Shown here in pieces: positions 14,243 to 29,384 of a stretch of DNA of 64,000 bases (positions are counted from its first letter, which is position 1; each line of letters starts with the position of its first letter). The notes beneath the pieces were generated by a model, which was not told the origin of the DNA, did not search any database, and saw nothing but the letters and a program-made list of their open reading frames with translations. The stretch comes from Phoronis australis (Eukaryota; Animalia; Phoronida). A program made the translations under genes and the position numbers. Location: contig NMRA01000063.1 of NCBI GenBank assembly GCA_002633005.1, positions 1,109,449 through 1,173,448 on the forward strand, given 5' to 3'.

Positions 14243-14471
14243 AACAAATATTACAAAGGTATCCCAAAGCATAAACCCTGCACGTTCAAACAAATATTAC
14301 AAAGGATCCCAAAGCATAAACCCTGCACGTTCAAACAAATATTACAAAGGATCCCAAAGCATAAACCCTGCACGTTCAAACAAATATTGCAAAGGTATCC
14401 CAAAGCATAAACCCTGCACGTTCAAACAAATATTAAAGGTATCCCAAAGCATAAACCCTGCACGTTCAAAC
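14243..14471. repeat. 45-46-bp minisatellite
   Basis: 5 copies of AACAAATATTACAAAGG(T)ATCCCAAAGCATAAACCCTGCACGTTCA. Confidence 0.95.
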
Positions 14472-16966
14472 CTCTTTCTCTAACTTCTGTAAGATGTAAG
14501 ATGCCTGGGTATGCTTTTTGGAATGACACATGCGTGTAATGAAGAAACATAGGTGTATTAAAAGTGAGCCCGGAGGCCTGCCTCCCCTTTAACCTACGGA
14601 CACAATCAAACTAAAAACCGTCACCAGCATAAAGTTTTCACAGCTTACGTCGACATTTTTCATTTAAAAATTGTGGTGTTCTCATTTTCCGACATCTTAG
14701 ATCCACTAGGGAAACAAACGGAGAGCTCTGCGTCAACGATCATTTTTTAATTCAAAATCATTTACAGGAACTGTCAACTTTTTCAACTGTCTGCAATTAA
14801 ACCGTCTGTGAATACGCTTTCCGTTACAAACACTATACAACTTTTAATTTTGACCATTTGCCGCTTTGAAATTGCTCTCAAATAGTTTCTTAGTCAAATT
14901 TGGCTCAAGGCTTAAAAGGAATTGGCAGTTATTGGCTGAGACAGAGATTCTACAAGTTGGCTGGTCACGGAGTCTCAGTTCCGTTAGATGCCGAGCACAG
15001 TTTCAAGGAATACCTACTTAAAGTTCTTCGCAAAACTCAGAAATCTCTCAGCTGACTACCTGTATGAGTAAGGAACAAGTCGAGACCGATTTTGTAGAAG
15101 AAAGTGTTCTGAAATAAAAGTTGGATTCTTGTAGGGAATGCAGGTCTATAAGCACTTTGTATACTCCTTGTTAATAGTATAATCTCCCAGTACGTGTTTT
15201 TCTCTTAAAATATCTTTTTTCAATTTGTCACTTCAGAAACTCTAAAACTTCCCATCGCAATGGCCTCAAAAGCATGAACAATTGAATGTGTACATGTGGT
15301 TACACTTTCTTTCAAAATACATCAAGCAAGTCCCACAATAACCGCGAAACAGGCGAGTTTGGGCCTTTAAATCAAAGTATTCACATTTTATCGATAGATA
15401 TAGAACTCTATCTAGAGTTAGTACATGTAAGTATATCGAAAGTCTCAGTACGTCTATCGACATGTTTTATTATATCCATCTATTTTGATAGTAACTCTAT
15501 CAGATTGGAGACAAAGAATCGCATCTTGACCTTTTACAGTCACCGTGACGTTCGTGAGAACATTACGTTTAATAACGTACCTAGCGTTTATGAACCAATC
15601 AATTTCTTTATTTATAGTCAGTTTGACAAAACAGACAAACACTAACTGAAGGCTAATATCACCGACTGTGAATAATAACATAAAAAGCATAAATAATAAG
15701 ATAATGAACAATAAAATAATGATAAAACAAAACACATGACAAGATGAGAAAAAACACATATTGATAAGATATCATGAAAGTATGGCATGCACAAACATAC
15801 GCATACACACCAGATTTAAAATCTGCATACCCCGCACCAGCACGGTGGTTCTGTCCAAGATTTAATGAAATTCTTAAAAAGTTTATAGTCCATGAACTTG
15901 GACTCATTTAGAAGAGAGTTCCAGAGTTTAGCGTCGTACACTGATAAAGGGTTTAAACCTTGGCGCACTGTTCGACATTGTTTCACACGTAGCACAGATT
16001 TATTACGCAGATTATAATGAGACGCTTTTGCCTCAAAGAGGTTATTGATGGTAGGTCAACGTTAGGCATGAGGTGCCATCTATTGTCTGAGACGATGAAT
16101 GCTTATCTCGTCTTACCCTCTGACACAGCGCCACCTATACTGAAAAGTGGCCTTGTGGAACATGTCACACGGAATTCCGTGTGTGGGCATCAATGCGCAT
16201 GCTTGGTCGGAAGTTTACCGATCACATCACCACCACTTGCACACTCCTTCTATGCACTGAAGTTGTTTGGGATTAAGCCACAGGATCGGGGTTTCCTTGA
16301 TTTTGTTTACTTCGATCAGTGTCCGTTTTAATAAATTACAACTATTTAAGTCAAAGGTGGTCGCCATACTAAGTAACAGTAAACTGAAAGGGGTTTTCCA
16401 CATTTCAACCAATGGGAATGACGTCGATTTCGCTACTTTAACCAATGCGAAGCCATATTAAACAACATTCCACAGTGCTACCGTTGGTAGCACTGTGGTA
16501 GAGTGTAATCTCGTCTACGATATTCAAATGGATGTGGTAATGTTAGAAATTCCGTAGGTTGTCGCTCCAAAAACTTTAACTTACTTTCTTGAAAACGCTT
16601 ATGTTACAAAATGTTCTAGTTCAAAGCAGAAATGAGTACGAATACATAGTGATTTTGGCTCTAAACCCACCTTTTATCGCAAAACCAGCTTTAGATCTAT
16701 TCCATTTACCGTTATGAACTTGTCAAAATAGTCGCTTTCCCATTTAAGGCGGTAAAAGCGAAGTTTCAGTAAGTGGGAAAGGTTAACGCAGCAAGCAAAA
16801 CTTTCTTAGTAGGATCCAGGACCGGAGATACTAGAAGCCGCTTTTACTGATCGCAACTACCACAACATCGACGCGTCACCGTTTGTACGTGTATGCAGGG
16901 TGCATAAAACATCGACGAGCCGATGTTAGAATGAAAAGGCAGGAGCGGATCCAGATGGTCCGGGAC

Positions 16967-17775
16967 CAGTGGCGGATCTGGGATATCATAAGGGGGGGCC
17001 AACACTATGTCTAAAACATTTGTGCAAAGCACGATTAGATGCGCATAGCACCGAATGGGGGAAAAATTTTGTTTTTTCCTCTAAAAATCAAGCATTTTCC
17101 TTGATTCCTGAAGTATTATCCAAGAAAAAAAGGCAAAGAAATAGAAAAAAAACGGAACGTGTCAAACATGAAAAACGGCTAAACAGACTCGAACTCACGA
17201 TCTGGCGGATAGAGCGCGGTTGCTTTCCCACTGCACCACCACGACTTCACTCATGTTTTGATAATAAGAGATCTACTTGTTTATGGTTCACAGCGTTTGC
17301 GCCAAAACCTACTTCTTTTTGTAATGCTTATTACACTTTTTATATTTGTGCAATCTGTTCGTAACAAATTTGTTGTATTTAAAATAGTCTTTAATTGCCC
17401 TAAAGACCAAATCCGTTTTTGGGTTGGCATTAATGACGCGATTGCTTTGGAAATCGTCTTAAGTAAGGTTTGACAAAGAGAGAATTATGAGTTTCTGAGT
17501 GATTCACTAAGGCTTTGATTAAATTTGACATCTTACCAGCAGCTTTTGTTTTCATCGTCACTCAGATTCCATTTTCTTTAATAAAATGAAGTTATTTTCT
17601 TCATTGCACAGTGAAGCAGACGACGGAAATGGAGTCGTAGTGCGCAGCGCCACTGCCGGTCGCCTGAGACATGGCGGGAGAGCCTATACTTAGCTATAGT
17701 TTCGTTACGAATGCGCCGTGTTCCGAATTTGACACTTGAAATTCGATCTGAGCCTTCCCNCTAAATCTTCTTATG
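16967..17775 (-). mobile_element. ~0.8-kb TIR element with 5-bp TSD carrying a tRNA-like segment
   Basis: CAGTGGCGGATCT ... AAATCTTCTTATG with GGGAC on both flanks; reverse-complement homolog of 30997-31983. Confidence 0.8.
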
Positions 17776-18564
17776 GGGACCCCCTACGCGATCACCTTTG
17801 TATTGATGTAATCACCCCTGATGTAATGGAAGGATAATAAGTATCCCTACGCCTGACCATTGTTGGACCCCGAGTCTGAAAATAGATTGTGCGTCGGACC
17901 TTGTATCTTGGTACTTCAACATTGCTCTATATTGATGTGTGTCGTGTCACTAGGTTTCAACACAAAATGAGAGGAAATAACCATCTAGGCTTTATCACGT
18001 GTTTCTTCATTTTTATGTTAAATTTGTGAACTAGTGGCGATGAAATGTGCATTTAAAGTAAATAGACTGCTTAGTAAGCTTCACTGTTCTCCAGCAGGGC
18101 CCGCTTCAAACAGTGTACAACATAAACACATTATCAACAAATAAAATGAATAAAAACTATTATACCGTGCAAAATAAATGACAAAAATAAATAGATATAC
18201 GATAGCAAAAATGAATAAATATACGAAAAAATAAGAAACACGGTAAAACAAAAACAGTAGGAATAATAAAGTGAGACGTTGTAAAAGTTCAAATGAAAGA
18301 CATACACACAAATTGTTATAAGTGAAATAAATAGTAATACAAGTAAACTAAACCATTTTACCATGCGACATTCTTAAATATCTCTCTCACATTTTGAGCA
18401 ACTAATAAAAACCCAAACCAACAGAGGGTAGCAAATAAAAATCACGCTGTGTAAATTTAATGAGATGTTGGTGAACCTTTTTAGTTTATATTCAACACAG
18501 GATCTTGACAGTTGCGAATGACCGAATTGTGACACGTGGATAATGAAGCGATTACTGTTGAGGA

Positions 18565-18988
18565 CTCGTTATTTACTACGGCTCTCCTTCCATATTGCAC
18601 TCCTTCGATATTTACTATGGCTCTCCTTCCATATTGCACCCCTTCGTTATTTACTATGGCTCTCCTTCCATATTGCACCCCTTCGTTATTTACTATGGCT
18701 TTCCTTCCATATTGCACCCCTTCGTTACTTACTACGGCTCTCCTTCCATTTGCACCCCTTCGTTATTTACTATGGCTCTCCTTCCATATTGCACCCCTTC
18801 GTTATTTACTACGGCTCTCCTTCCATATTGCACCCCTTCGATATTTACTACGGCTCTCCTTCCATATTGCACCCCTTCGTTATTTACTACGGCTCTCCTT
18901 CCATATTGCACCCCTTCGTTATTTACTATGGCTCTCCTTCCATATTGCACCCCTTCGATATTTACTATGGCTCTCCTTCCATATTGCA
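18565..18988. repeat. 39-bp minisatellite
   Basis: About 11 copies of TTCGTTATTTACTAYGGCTCTCCTTCCATATTGCACCCC; this explains the repetitive ORFs in several frames. Confidence 0.97.
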
Positions 18989-19539
18989 CTACTTTCTTCA
19001 AAGACAGTGATACCTTTTAAAGGGACATTATCGGCGAGAAAAGTAGTTCGCTGATAACAGTCTCAGCACGGATTTGAACCTTGAGCCCCCCCCGCTGCGG
19101 TCGCAGCTTAATTGCTGTCGGAGAAAAATCCCAGTCAATAAAAGGCAGAGCATATTAAGTGGTAAAGTCACCGACTTTCAAGTCAGCGAATGTGTGACAG
19201 ACAATGGTGAGAATTGGTGATTTGCAATGAAATTTGCAATGTCGTTTTATATCTCTAGTCAATGTTAATACCTCCATCAAGTCTATCTCATTCAACGAGG
19301 ATCCAAAAATGCGTTTAGGGCCGCAAAACCGATAATGCTTCAATAAACATAAGCATTGAATTATTGCATAATAGTCAAGACGATATTTTAGTTACTGCCT
19401 AACTGTGTCTACGCTTGAACAAATATTAAGTGATTGACTATCGACCCGTTGAGTTCAACAGCAAACAATCTGCTTTTATTTTGACGGCGACGGAGCGCGA
19501 GAACGCGTTGAACAGTGTCCCCTCGATTCTCTCCAAAAG

Positions 19540-21445
19540 TGCAGAAGGATGGATTCAACGGGTCCTCAGCTTCTCAATTGTCACTGAAAACGACGTCCTG
19601 TGAAAGCTTAAGGGCATTACATGCAATAAATCAATGGGTTATGACTCATTACATCCGTGATTCCTCAAGTACGGCGCTCATGCAATATGCAAGTTCTTAA
19701 CACCCATATTCAACAAGTAGCCTCTAATGAGTACCCCTCTATGTTGAAAAAAGTCAGGTTTGCCCAGTATTTAAGAAAGGGGACCGAATGAATAAATCCT
19801 GTTATAGACCAGTTAGTGTGCTAACTGCTGTCAACCAAGTTTTTGAACGACTTATTCTAGACCAATTGAAACTACATTTTGATGAAATTTTAAATGAAAA
19901 TTTATGTGCTTTCCGTAAAGGTTTTTGTCAGGATGTCTTGTTGCATCTAACTGAAGATGTAAGGTTAGCTCTGGATAATAATTTATTTGCTGGGTGCATA
20001 CTAATTGATCTGTCTAAGGCTTTTGATTGCCTCCCCCATGAGCTCTTTGTTGCCAAACTAAAAGCCTATGGCTGCACATCGAATACATGTAACCTCATAA
20101 TGTCCTATCTCAGTGATAGAAGGATGAGAGTGAAAATTGGCTCCATTGTCAGTGACTGGTTAAATGTCGCCAAGGGCGTTTTTCAAGGGTCTGTCTTAGG
20201 CCCCATGTTATTCAACATTTTTACCAATGATATATTTTACGCTATAAGCGGTCACTGTAAGTTATATAATTACGCTGATGACAATACCCTATTGCAAGCA
20301 GGCTCCTCTTTATCTGCAGTTCGCCTCAGCCTCAAGGTAGCTGGGCAGATGGCAATGGATTGGTTCTCCTCTAATGGAATGGCTGTAAACTTTGGTAAAT
20401 TTAAGTCAATCATCTTTTCTAGGAACCGTGTACATAATAATGAAAGGTATCTCATATCTGGTGATACTATGATTGAGTGTGAAGAGTCCGGTAAGCAGCT
20501 GGGTGTCCAACTTGACAGCCAGCTAAGATTCCACGAGCACGTTGATGTTATTTGCAAAAAAGCTTCAAGACAGATGAATGCCTTGTTCCGTCTTCGTAAT
20601 GTTTTAGGCATTAACAGTAAGCTTAAGTTATATTATGCATTTATAAGATTTTATTTTAATCACTGCCCCTCGTTTGGCACCTATGTGGAATACAGAAAAG
20701 TAGGAAAATGGAAAAGATACAACACCGTGCTTTAAAATTTGTGGTCAATGACAGCGAGTCAAGCTACTCACAACTCTTAGATAACTAGTTGGCGGATGAA
20801 ATTTTTATCTATTGAGGGTATTCAAAAATGTTCATATCATTGGACCCTGTCCTTTGTCAGGAAAGCTTCAATTTAGAGAGTCTGGATACGGTCTCAAAGG
20901 TGAAAACTGTCTCTATGTGAAACGCTTTAATACGATGACTTACGCATGTAACTCAATCTCCCATAAAGGTACTTTGCTGTGGAACTCATTGCCATCAGTA
21001 ATGAGACAATGTACTGCCTTATATGAATTTGCCACTCTTGCTCATGATTTTTTCTTTGAGATCTGCTCTTGTAAAAACTGATATGGATGCCTACACGCTC
21101 CGTAACATGTATGTGTACATTTGTATTTATATTTATGTTTAAGTTCTGTATATTATCCGTACTGTAGAATTAGCTAGAACAGCTTATTATTTAAAATGAC
21201 TTATTCTTATTATAATGACATAGGCAAAAAATTGAATTTTGGACCTCAAAAGCGAGGCCCCCTATATTAATATAGGGGNTATTTTAGTTCTGTATCTTCA
21301 TTTTGTAGATTTTAAATTTGTCGGATAGTAGCACTTGTGCTAACGTTTCATTGTTCAATCTCACCGACTTTTGAATAAAGATTACTACTACTACTACTGC
21401 TGCTACTGCTACTGCTACTGCTACTGCTACTGCTACTGCTACTAG
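19540..21445 (+). mobile_element. 5'-truncated, decayed non-LTR retrotransposon (CR1/L2-group LINE) with reverse transcriptase
   Basis: ORF 19788-20735 has YRPVSVL, IDLSKAFD, QGSVLGPMLF and YADD; stops and frameshifts flank it; the 3' end is AATAAA followed by an (ACT)n/(GCTACT)n tail. Confidence 0.93.
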
Positions 21446-22300
21446 CCTCTGGCAGACTTGCGCGAGAAAAATCAGTCATGGGTACTGCAATGGTGTCAGG
21501 TTTTATTTATATAATTGTTTAACTATTGAAATACTTATACTTTTGATTTCTTATGTCTTCTGATTGAATGTCAACTGTATGAATAGTAAATAATTACTGT
21601 CCCGTTTTTTCTATTCCTTACATGATTTATGTTGAATTATATTGAATAGTACGCTGGTCTTCATTGAAGCCAAAGACATTATACTTACACAACGGTATCT
21701 TTGTTGAAGCGGCTTTTTCCTTCGAGGATCTCAGGTTTAGATATAGATAACCAAATGTTTTTGCTTTATTGTATGTCACTCATTTGTTATATAAGTTAGT
21801 AAACGTATTATTTTTCTATATCTCTGATATTAGTTATATCAACTCTGAAAGGCAAAAAATCACTGTGAGCGGTATTTATGCAGCAGTTGATTATTAGAAT
21901 TGAAAAGCATTGCTTTCATTACTACAGAAGTGATAATAAGTACGCTAACACCTTTTATTTCAAACAAAACAGTGCCTTCTGCTTCAAATTCACGAATGGT
22001 ACCAACAACAGCGTCTGTGAAAATAGATAAACCTGCCTTTGCATCTGATTTGTAGTTCCGGAAAAATACTCTTATTTATCAAGACAAAGATACGTTGACC
22101 CAAAGATGACTTTTCTAATTATCTCGGGATTTTGAGATCCCGACTTAAATATCTCGTAGCGAGTCTCTCCGAGACAATTAAGTGGTGATCTCGAGATATT
22201 TATCTCGAAGAACTAGTATTTAAACATTGGGAGATTCAAGTGTTTAGAGGCTTCTTGGCTCACTCTTGGCAGCGGTCAACTTCGTCTAATCATCTTGCAG

Positions 22301-22538
22301 CAGAGGCGGATCTACAGGGGGGGTTCAGGGGGTTTAAACCCCCCCTCGGGACAGGATCAAAAATAAAAAGTGGAAAAAAAATCGCCAGAGAAACGAAATT
22401 AGCTACTAAAAATCCCAAAAAATCTTACACGGGAGGAGGGAAACCTTCTCGCGACCTTCCTTCTCCTCGGCGCTACGCGCCTCGGATTCTTTCGAATCCT
22501 AAACCCCCCCCCTTACTGAAATCGTAGATCTGCCACTG
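22301..22538. mobile_element. MITE with 5-bp TSD (hAT5-like)
   Basis: CAGAGGCGGATCTAC...GTAGATCTGCCACTG, flanked by TGCAG on both sides. Confidence 0.8.
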
Positions 22539-22639
22539 TGCAGATGAGGTATCACCAAGCCTCAAATGAGGAAATCTCGAGTCATGGGAAGAGGCTGTGC
22601 AATGCGATGATATGCGCTCACTGTGTGTAACGCAAACGG

Positions 22640-23360
22640 TTAAGATAGAGGGGCGCTAATTTGGTTAATATTTTCAGGCTGTTGAATCCATAAGAAAATC
22701 AACATCAGTTGTGCTATTCTCATTACTGAACATGTAGGTCAAATTTCATGAAGAACCATTCCTTCAGTAACTTGGTAGACAGACATTAAGACAGACGCGA
22801 TGACAGGTTGCTAAATCAACATCTGAAGTATTTTCCTCAATGTGAACACACACACCAAAGTTCACCGAAAAACTTAGCAGACACAAAGATAACTCAAACT
22901 GAAACAAGCATCAACACGTACCCAAAGAAGTCAGATCCATCCAAAAAGCAACGTCAGCCGTGCTGTCCTTAATAGGAACACAATTGCCAAACCTCATGAA
23001 GATTCACATCAGGGAGACGTTAGATATTGAGGCAGGCACATAAAAAATTGTCACTACTCAACGTCACTGTGGTCAGATTCGTCAGAAAATCTACTGCAGT
23101 CTTGCTGTCCTCAGTAGAAACACATCATGTCAAATTTCATAAAGATACAGTAACGAAATTGGTAGATACTGGCGCAAAAGAAAAGAAAATTAAAATTGTG
23201 ACCAGGATAGGCAACAGATGCCTAAAGCAATTTTGGGTGCCTAACTGAACTCAACAGGAAGACATATGCCAACTTTCATTCTTCAAGCGATATGACGGAC
23301 GAGGAAGCGGACAACAAAAAAACAAAACAAATTAAAATGTCTACTAGGAAGCATAGAATA
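22640..23360 (-). mobile_element. Old, diverged HINE-like monomer array remnant
   Basis: Recurrent CAAATTTCATGAAGA-like blocks, a CAGACAGAC tract and TAGAGGGCGCT; termini not recognisable. Confidence 0.4.
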
Positions 23361-25594
23361 CAGTAGACAGTGTCGTAATTCAATGATCAGCACCATACAC
23401 TACCCGCGGCTATCGTTACCACTGTCATAAGCTGATCGTGCCACATGGAAGGCCTCCGAGTAAGACAGCTTTTAAAATAGGAAACGAGTGGTTTTTAACC
23501 AAACAGCGCCGAATTGCGATAAGGCAAATGAACACTGAAGAAGAATTTGGTATTAGACATATAGGCGGAGGTGCATAAGCGGGTAAAAATCATTGTTGGT
23601 GATTTTTAATTACAATGTTCGTGTACATAACAATAAATCATGACTCTACGTTTAATATTTGGCATGGGTGTAATGGGAAATGATTCGTTGTTGACAATTC
23701 ATGACAATAACCGAGATATTATATTATCCTCCACTGCACCTCACCAAAGGATTGTGTGTTTTTTCATAGGTTAACTAATCAATCATGTTTTGTGGGTTTT
23801 GATACCTGGATGTGTAGAGTTCATATGTTTCCTGAGAAGAAAAAAGGACGTACATTACAGTGTCGGCGTTTATCAAGCCTAGAAATTATTTCTAAGGAAA
23901 GACCGATCTTAAACAGTGGCCTAAATCAAAAGTTAGATTTGAAAGCGTGTGTGGGTTTATGGTTCCTTTACAACTTATCATCACAACAGATTAGACAAAA
24001 CCATTTCTCACCTGAGCAGTGCTGTGTATGTAATGAGCCAACACCCTTATAAGCAATCCTCGTGACAGAAGTCAACGTCCTGCTGTGATCAAGTGTATCG
24101 ATCAAATCCTATTCAAAGGACAAACTTTTCAAACCTCTCACCATTCTACGTTGGTGCAGCTTCAAGTTATATAAGTCACGGGGACGTGCAATGATCAATA
24201 TGAGACGTGATCGGTGAACCGACAACACAGCTACATTTATAATGATCGTAAATTAACTCAATGACATAAAGATACATATAAGAAATGTTGGTTATCTCGT
24301 GTAGTCAATCAATATTTAGGATTTCGACAACTGTTCAAGGTATTTTACTTTCTTACATAAGAACACGTTTCCGATGGTGGTCCAGACCAAAAGAATTAAT
24401 CCCGTTGAATGTAAGAGGTTTATTTGAATCCTAGGATTAATTTTGAACCAGTACTTAGCAAAATTAGAGGCAGAAATCTGCAACCACTAATTGAATGTAC
24501 ATTAGATTCATTAGAACCACCGCATTTCGCATCTTCACTTCGAAATTCAAAACTATCTCAGCGGAATTTTTCTGCAACTAATCGAAGTTGGTGTGCTTGT
24601 GCGTAGTGTGTCACTCCATTGAAGAAGGCACCTATGATGATCGGTTATCGACAATTTATGTTGTTGATTTGAACTTGAAGACGAAGTGTCTTATCATTCA
24701 AGCACCTTCCTTGTTTATGCATATTGGTCTGGTTCTGGTTGAAAGGGGGAGAGCAGTGGCAAGTGGAAGTGCTTGTGTACTTTTTGCGCATGCTCAGGCT
24801 GGTCAGAAGTCTCTTTGTAAAGGTCCTTACTAAGAATTTAGGTCCTCCTCTCGTCATCACCGACTCAGAACCCAAAATCACCTACCCATCCGGATCAATT
24901 AGAAACAAATATACAAAAACCTTTTTGGTGAAACAAACCCCAGCTGCACGGCAATGGATATATGGAGCCAAACTGCCAGTTGGTGGACTCCACACTGGTG
25001 GTGGTGGAAGAGGAGACTCTGCCGGGTATCCGTGGTAGATTATTATTTACTTCTGATAACGTCGCAATATTCTACTCTTGTCCGACCAGTACTCACATGA
25101 AATTAGTTTCTCTTTCAAACACGGCAAACTGATCTGATTAAGGGAATCATATGGAAACCATCGGTTTGAATAACACTTGAGAGGATTCTCCTGCTGCTCA
25201 TACTATGCAGCATGGTTGTGGTTATATTCTGAACAGTCATTTTGAAAAAGAAAGAAAAAGGAGTCGCTGCAATCCATGAACCTGGAAACTATCAATTTAA
25301 ATTTGAAAACATGCATATTCACCCCCAATAAACCAGTCTTCCATCACAACAGCTAAACTTTTGTTTTGGAACACTTAGCGATTTGAAATTAATCTCGAAT
25401 TCTGGCCGGAAATTACATCGTGGCTTCGAAAGAACTAACTTTTCGTTATTGCTTGATACGAGGGTAGAGTTCAATAAAGCTGGAATCTCACTAGGACCTC
25501 GCTAGAAAAGCAAGACTTCGCGATATTACACGAGATATTGCCGTGTCTTTGAAAAGAGAGCACGTGAATTTGGCTAGATTTTCTCGTCGCGAGA

Positions 25595-26138
25595 CTCGCT
25601 GGTTCCGTGCGTGACGCTAGATGGTCGGTAGCCAGCACGCAGGTATCACTTATTTTCCCCGGGAAATTTTTTTACACTAGCCGAATTCTCAACAGGCAGC
25701 GCTATACGCAAACAAACTGGCATGACTGAAGGACTGAAGTGTAAATGTGGTCTGTTGTACAGACAAATCGGTGCTTAAAATTCATGTTCAGAAAATGTGA
25801 ATCCTAGAAATTGTGGTTGCGCTTTTTCGGAGAGCATCTTTCTACTGTCGATGACTTTTGTTTAGGATAGTGTCCTGTATTCATACAGTATGAATAACAC
25901 GCCGGTTAAATCGGCAAGATATGTCTTTATTGTATATGTACGTGCTTCAAGCACGCGGCTATTAAACATTACTGCAGAAACGAAATAGTTGCTGCGACGC
26001 CACTGCATGACAAGGCTAAAAATCGTTCACAGTCCGCCATTTTTTTCACGGTGTTGTAAAGCTAACCGATGACTGCTGAGGTTACATCAACCAATGCTAA
26101 AGCGTGTGTCCCTGCGTGCTACCCGCGTGCTGGCTAGG
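25595..26138. mobile_element. M2 MITE copy, inverted relative to 2655-3127
   Basis: Starts CTCGCTGGTTCC; the interior is the reverse complement of the 2.7-3.1 kb copy. Confidence 0.8.
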
Positions 26139-29100
26139 CACATGTCATTAACGTACACTCAGTTCGTTGCAAAACCGAGAAACCACTTCTCCAATTTTAT
26201 GGCGGTAAATTTGCTAAATCAGAAGTTCGCTTCTTGAGCGGAACCTGTGTTCATAACAGCTTTAAGTTCGAGGTTTTAATTCGTTACCAATAGGGTGCGC
26301 TGGACGTTACCAGCAGCACGTCGGACATATGCCCCGTCCATGTATTATTTTACTGATATGCCTTCAGAGTTACAGATGGAAAAACATGAAGTAGCGAGCA
26401 TTAAAAGCAATGACACGTGACTGAGCTTCATTTCTTCAGTAAATTTGTCAAGTCTATTTTGTTAAACTATTTTTGAGCGAACGAAATGTCATCGATTTTT
26501 TATGGAAAGCCATAGCGAAAAAAATTCCAGGACACAAACTTTCCGTTCAAGAATTATTTCTTCTGCAGGACCAGAAAAATATACACAAATCAAAATTCAT
26601 CACGCAAGCACCAAAATTTAACACGTCAGGACTGAAAACTTATCACGCCAGAACACAAAATTTATTACGTCAGGAAAATTTCACACATTAGGAAAATTTC
26701 ACACGTCAGGAAAATTTCACGTCAGGAAAATCTCATGCCAAGAGACCACGTGATCATCCAAGAGCACGCGACCTCTCAAAATTGCTGGTTCCCTGCGTGC
26801 CGCTAGGTGGTAGCCAGCACGCAGGTATCACTTAAAGTCCTGTTCTCAAACTGCCCATGTGGTTCCAGTATCCGAAAATACTTACTACATAAAACCTTAT
26901 TTTCGACACCCTTTCTTTATATTATTTTTGCCTTTCTTACCAAAAGCGATTTTTAACAGTATTTGACCCTTCTCCGTGAGCGTATAATTACCGGCTGTCA
27001 TCGGTTATTTCCGTACCCACATTTCCGGCTCATCAGTTCAGGAACTTCTCCTAACACCGCCATCTTTTTCCTTGTAACTGAATGTGCTATCGCTTGTTCG
27101 AAAAGTCTATTTTGTTTTATAAGTAATATGTCGTGTTTCGTTTGCATATGTAGTGTATTGATAGTTTGTAGTTAGTGGTCGTTGAATTTTTTTGGAATGT
27201 TACGCGTACTTATTATGTTACAATAGCATTGGTGTTTAGTTTCTTACGTAGAGTGGTCGAACATAGGAACCAATATGAGTCGAACCAGTTTTTTTCGTTT
27301 TAATTTTTTTCTCGTTTTGAAAAAGTACTTTGCTATCATCGGAAAGCTAGTGCATTCTACTCGGTAAAAATTGAAAATGTATCAAAATCGGGGCAAGCAG
27401 TGTTAAGTTATTGCAATTTTTGTGGCGCAGTTTGAGTCACTTTGTTTGGATCGAGTCGGCCATATTGGAGGACAGCGGGATAAGATACGAGTTTAAAACT
27501 TTGTGTATATTGTTTTCGCCAACACTTTACGGTGAAATTTAGGGAGACATATATTTACTTACTATTCTGCACGATTCAACAGTTTTCACCAAATTTCAGC
27601 CTTGAAGATTTTACTTATTAAGTGATAAATGTGCTCACAATTCCCGTTGGACATGGCGACTTTTGCTGAATTGGAAGGCACGTTCAACCTGTTACTTTGT
27701 AATTTTGAAGATTTAACGTTGATAAACTTTGACAAACGTTGCTACAAAAAAGGATCTTTGTTCAATTTTCGTGTTTTTTGTGCAAAAATATAAGATATAT
27801 TCGAATTATTTACTGTGAATTTCCTATTCAGGTGATCTTACACTAAGCTAAAAAAATAGTTGAAATAATTTTGAAATGTTTTTTTGTTTGACTGTCAACT
27901 GCTGTTCAAGGCTTGATTCGGTGTCACAAAATGATTCATATCTTTCTAAATTTTAAATCTCAATTGCTTTCAAGTCATGTTTTGTAACTTATTGTTTATT
28001 AATTCAGGTTATCAAATCAATAATTTGAATAATCGAAATTTGAGAAATAAGCTATGTTGGATGTGAAGCTTCAAGCCTCCAATTCTTGTTCCTTGCAACT
28101 TCATATTTTTTTAATCATACTTGTCAAATTCTGGTGTAAGGAAACATTATTCGGTCACCATGGTAATAGTTACATGCATGTCCACTTTCATATCATGGAA
28201 ACTTTTGCTGTTGGATAGTGTTTGTAATGCTCAATGTTGTAAAGTATTGTGCATTTTAAGTTACTTATTATGTTAAAAGGTTGAATCATTTTGGCTTGAT
28301 GAATAAAAAATAACATTTTGTATTGGACTTGTCAGATACTTATGTGCTGGAACGAGCCCCCTGTTGGGAGAAAAGGAAAAAGGTCTGCCTCAGTTAGAGA
28401 AGCACGAACTCCGAAACAAGTAGAAAACGAAGAGACAATATTTCACTAGAAGACAGGAAGTACCAAAATTTAGCGTCTGCAATTCATAGCTCTGAACATA
28501 CCCAGTGAATCTTATAGTAAAAGGTAGACATTCCCAAAAATTCCAGCCCCCCCCCCATTTTTTAGGCTTGTTGCGCTCATGCAATGTCTGGGCAAATCTC
28601 AGTTGAAAGCCAACAACTTTGAACACTTCGCCAGAAGATCCCAAGTTCTAAATAAACCTCGTTTGAGCGAACGCTGCGGCCAAGGACCAGGTAGGCCTAA
28701 GGGTAGCCTTGGCACAAAGCTGTAGAGGCCTACTACTAACAAGCTGTAGTTTGACGCGTCTTCATACTGGGGGTAGCTGGCACTGAGGCTAGCTCAGGGC
28801 TGCCGCGGCAGAGTGACACAGGACGAACCAGCCCGTAATTTTATGCAAGTGTCTCTAACTAGCCTTGTATGTATACGGCATTTATGATTTGAACCTTTTA
28901 CTTCGACAAAACAGTTTGAAACCGCATGCCTTTACCGTTCGCCTGTGTCTTGTCTCGATCCGCACCGGGTCCGATAGGCTGCGGTCCCGAGTCCGGCAAA
29001 ATAATTTCTGACAAAATTTATTCGCCACATTTCTTGAGCAAATTCGATAAAATTGTCCGTGTTTTGACTTTATTAAAATTAAGGCGCGCTGTCAATTATT

Positions 29101-29384
29101 TAATCCCCGTTTGCAGGCTGGTAACAGGCACTGCTCCGGTCGAACTGACGGCGTTTTCTTAGCCTGGGTTCCTGTATGAATTGTACATCCGGATTCGCGG
29201 TAAGTTCAAAATGGCGGGGGTTCTTCGGGTTCGAATCGTGAGTGGCGCGTTCATTTAAACTTTTTTAGAGTACGTATCGTGTATTAGTTATGGGGTAGGT
29301 ACTTTTTGGATCTTTATAACATCCTCTAACCATGTAATAAGGGTTAACAACGTGTGAGACCAGGACTTTAATTTTTCTTGGAAT

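Noticed and set aside
16470-16498. Inverted CACAGTG/CACTGTG (RSS heptamer or Transib-like)
   Set aside because: Only a 29-nt hairpin, with no nonamer, transposase or TSD
18481-19054. Long repetitive ORFs here and at 13974-14483, 54027-54366 and 54597-55046
   Set aside because: They are translations of minisatellites that are open in several frames, with no protein features
29205-29245. CAAAATGGCG...GTGAGT as a + strand first exon; similar motif at 34513
   Set aside because: YY1-like motifs are common inside MITEs, and no downstream exons were identified
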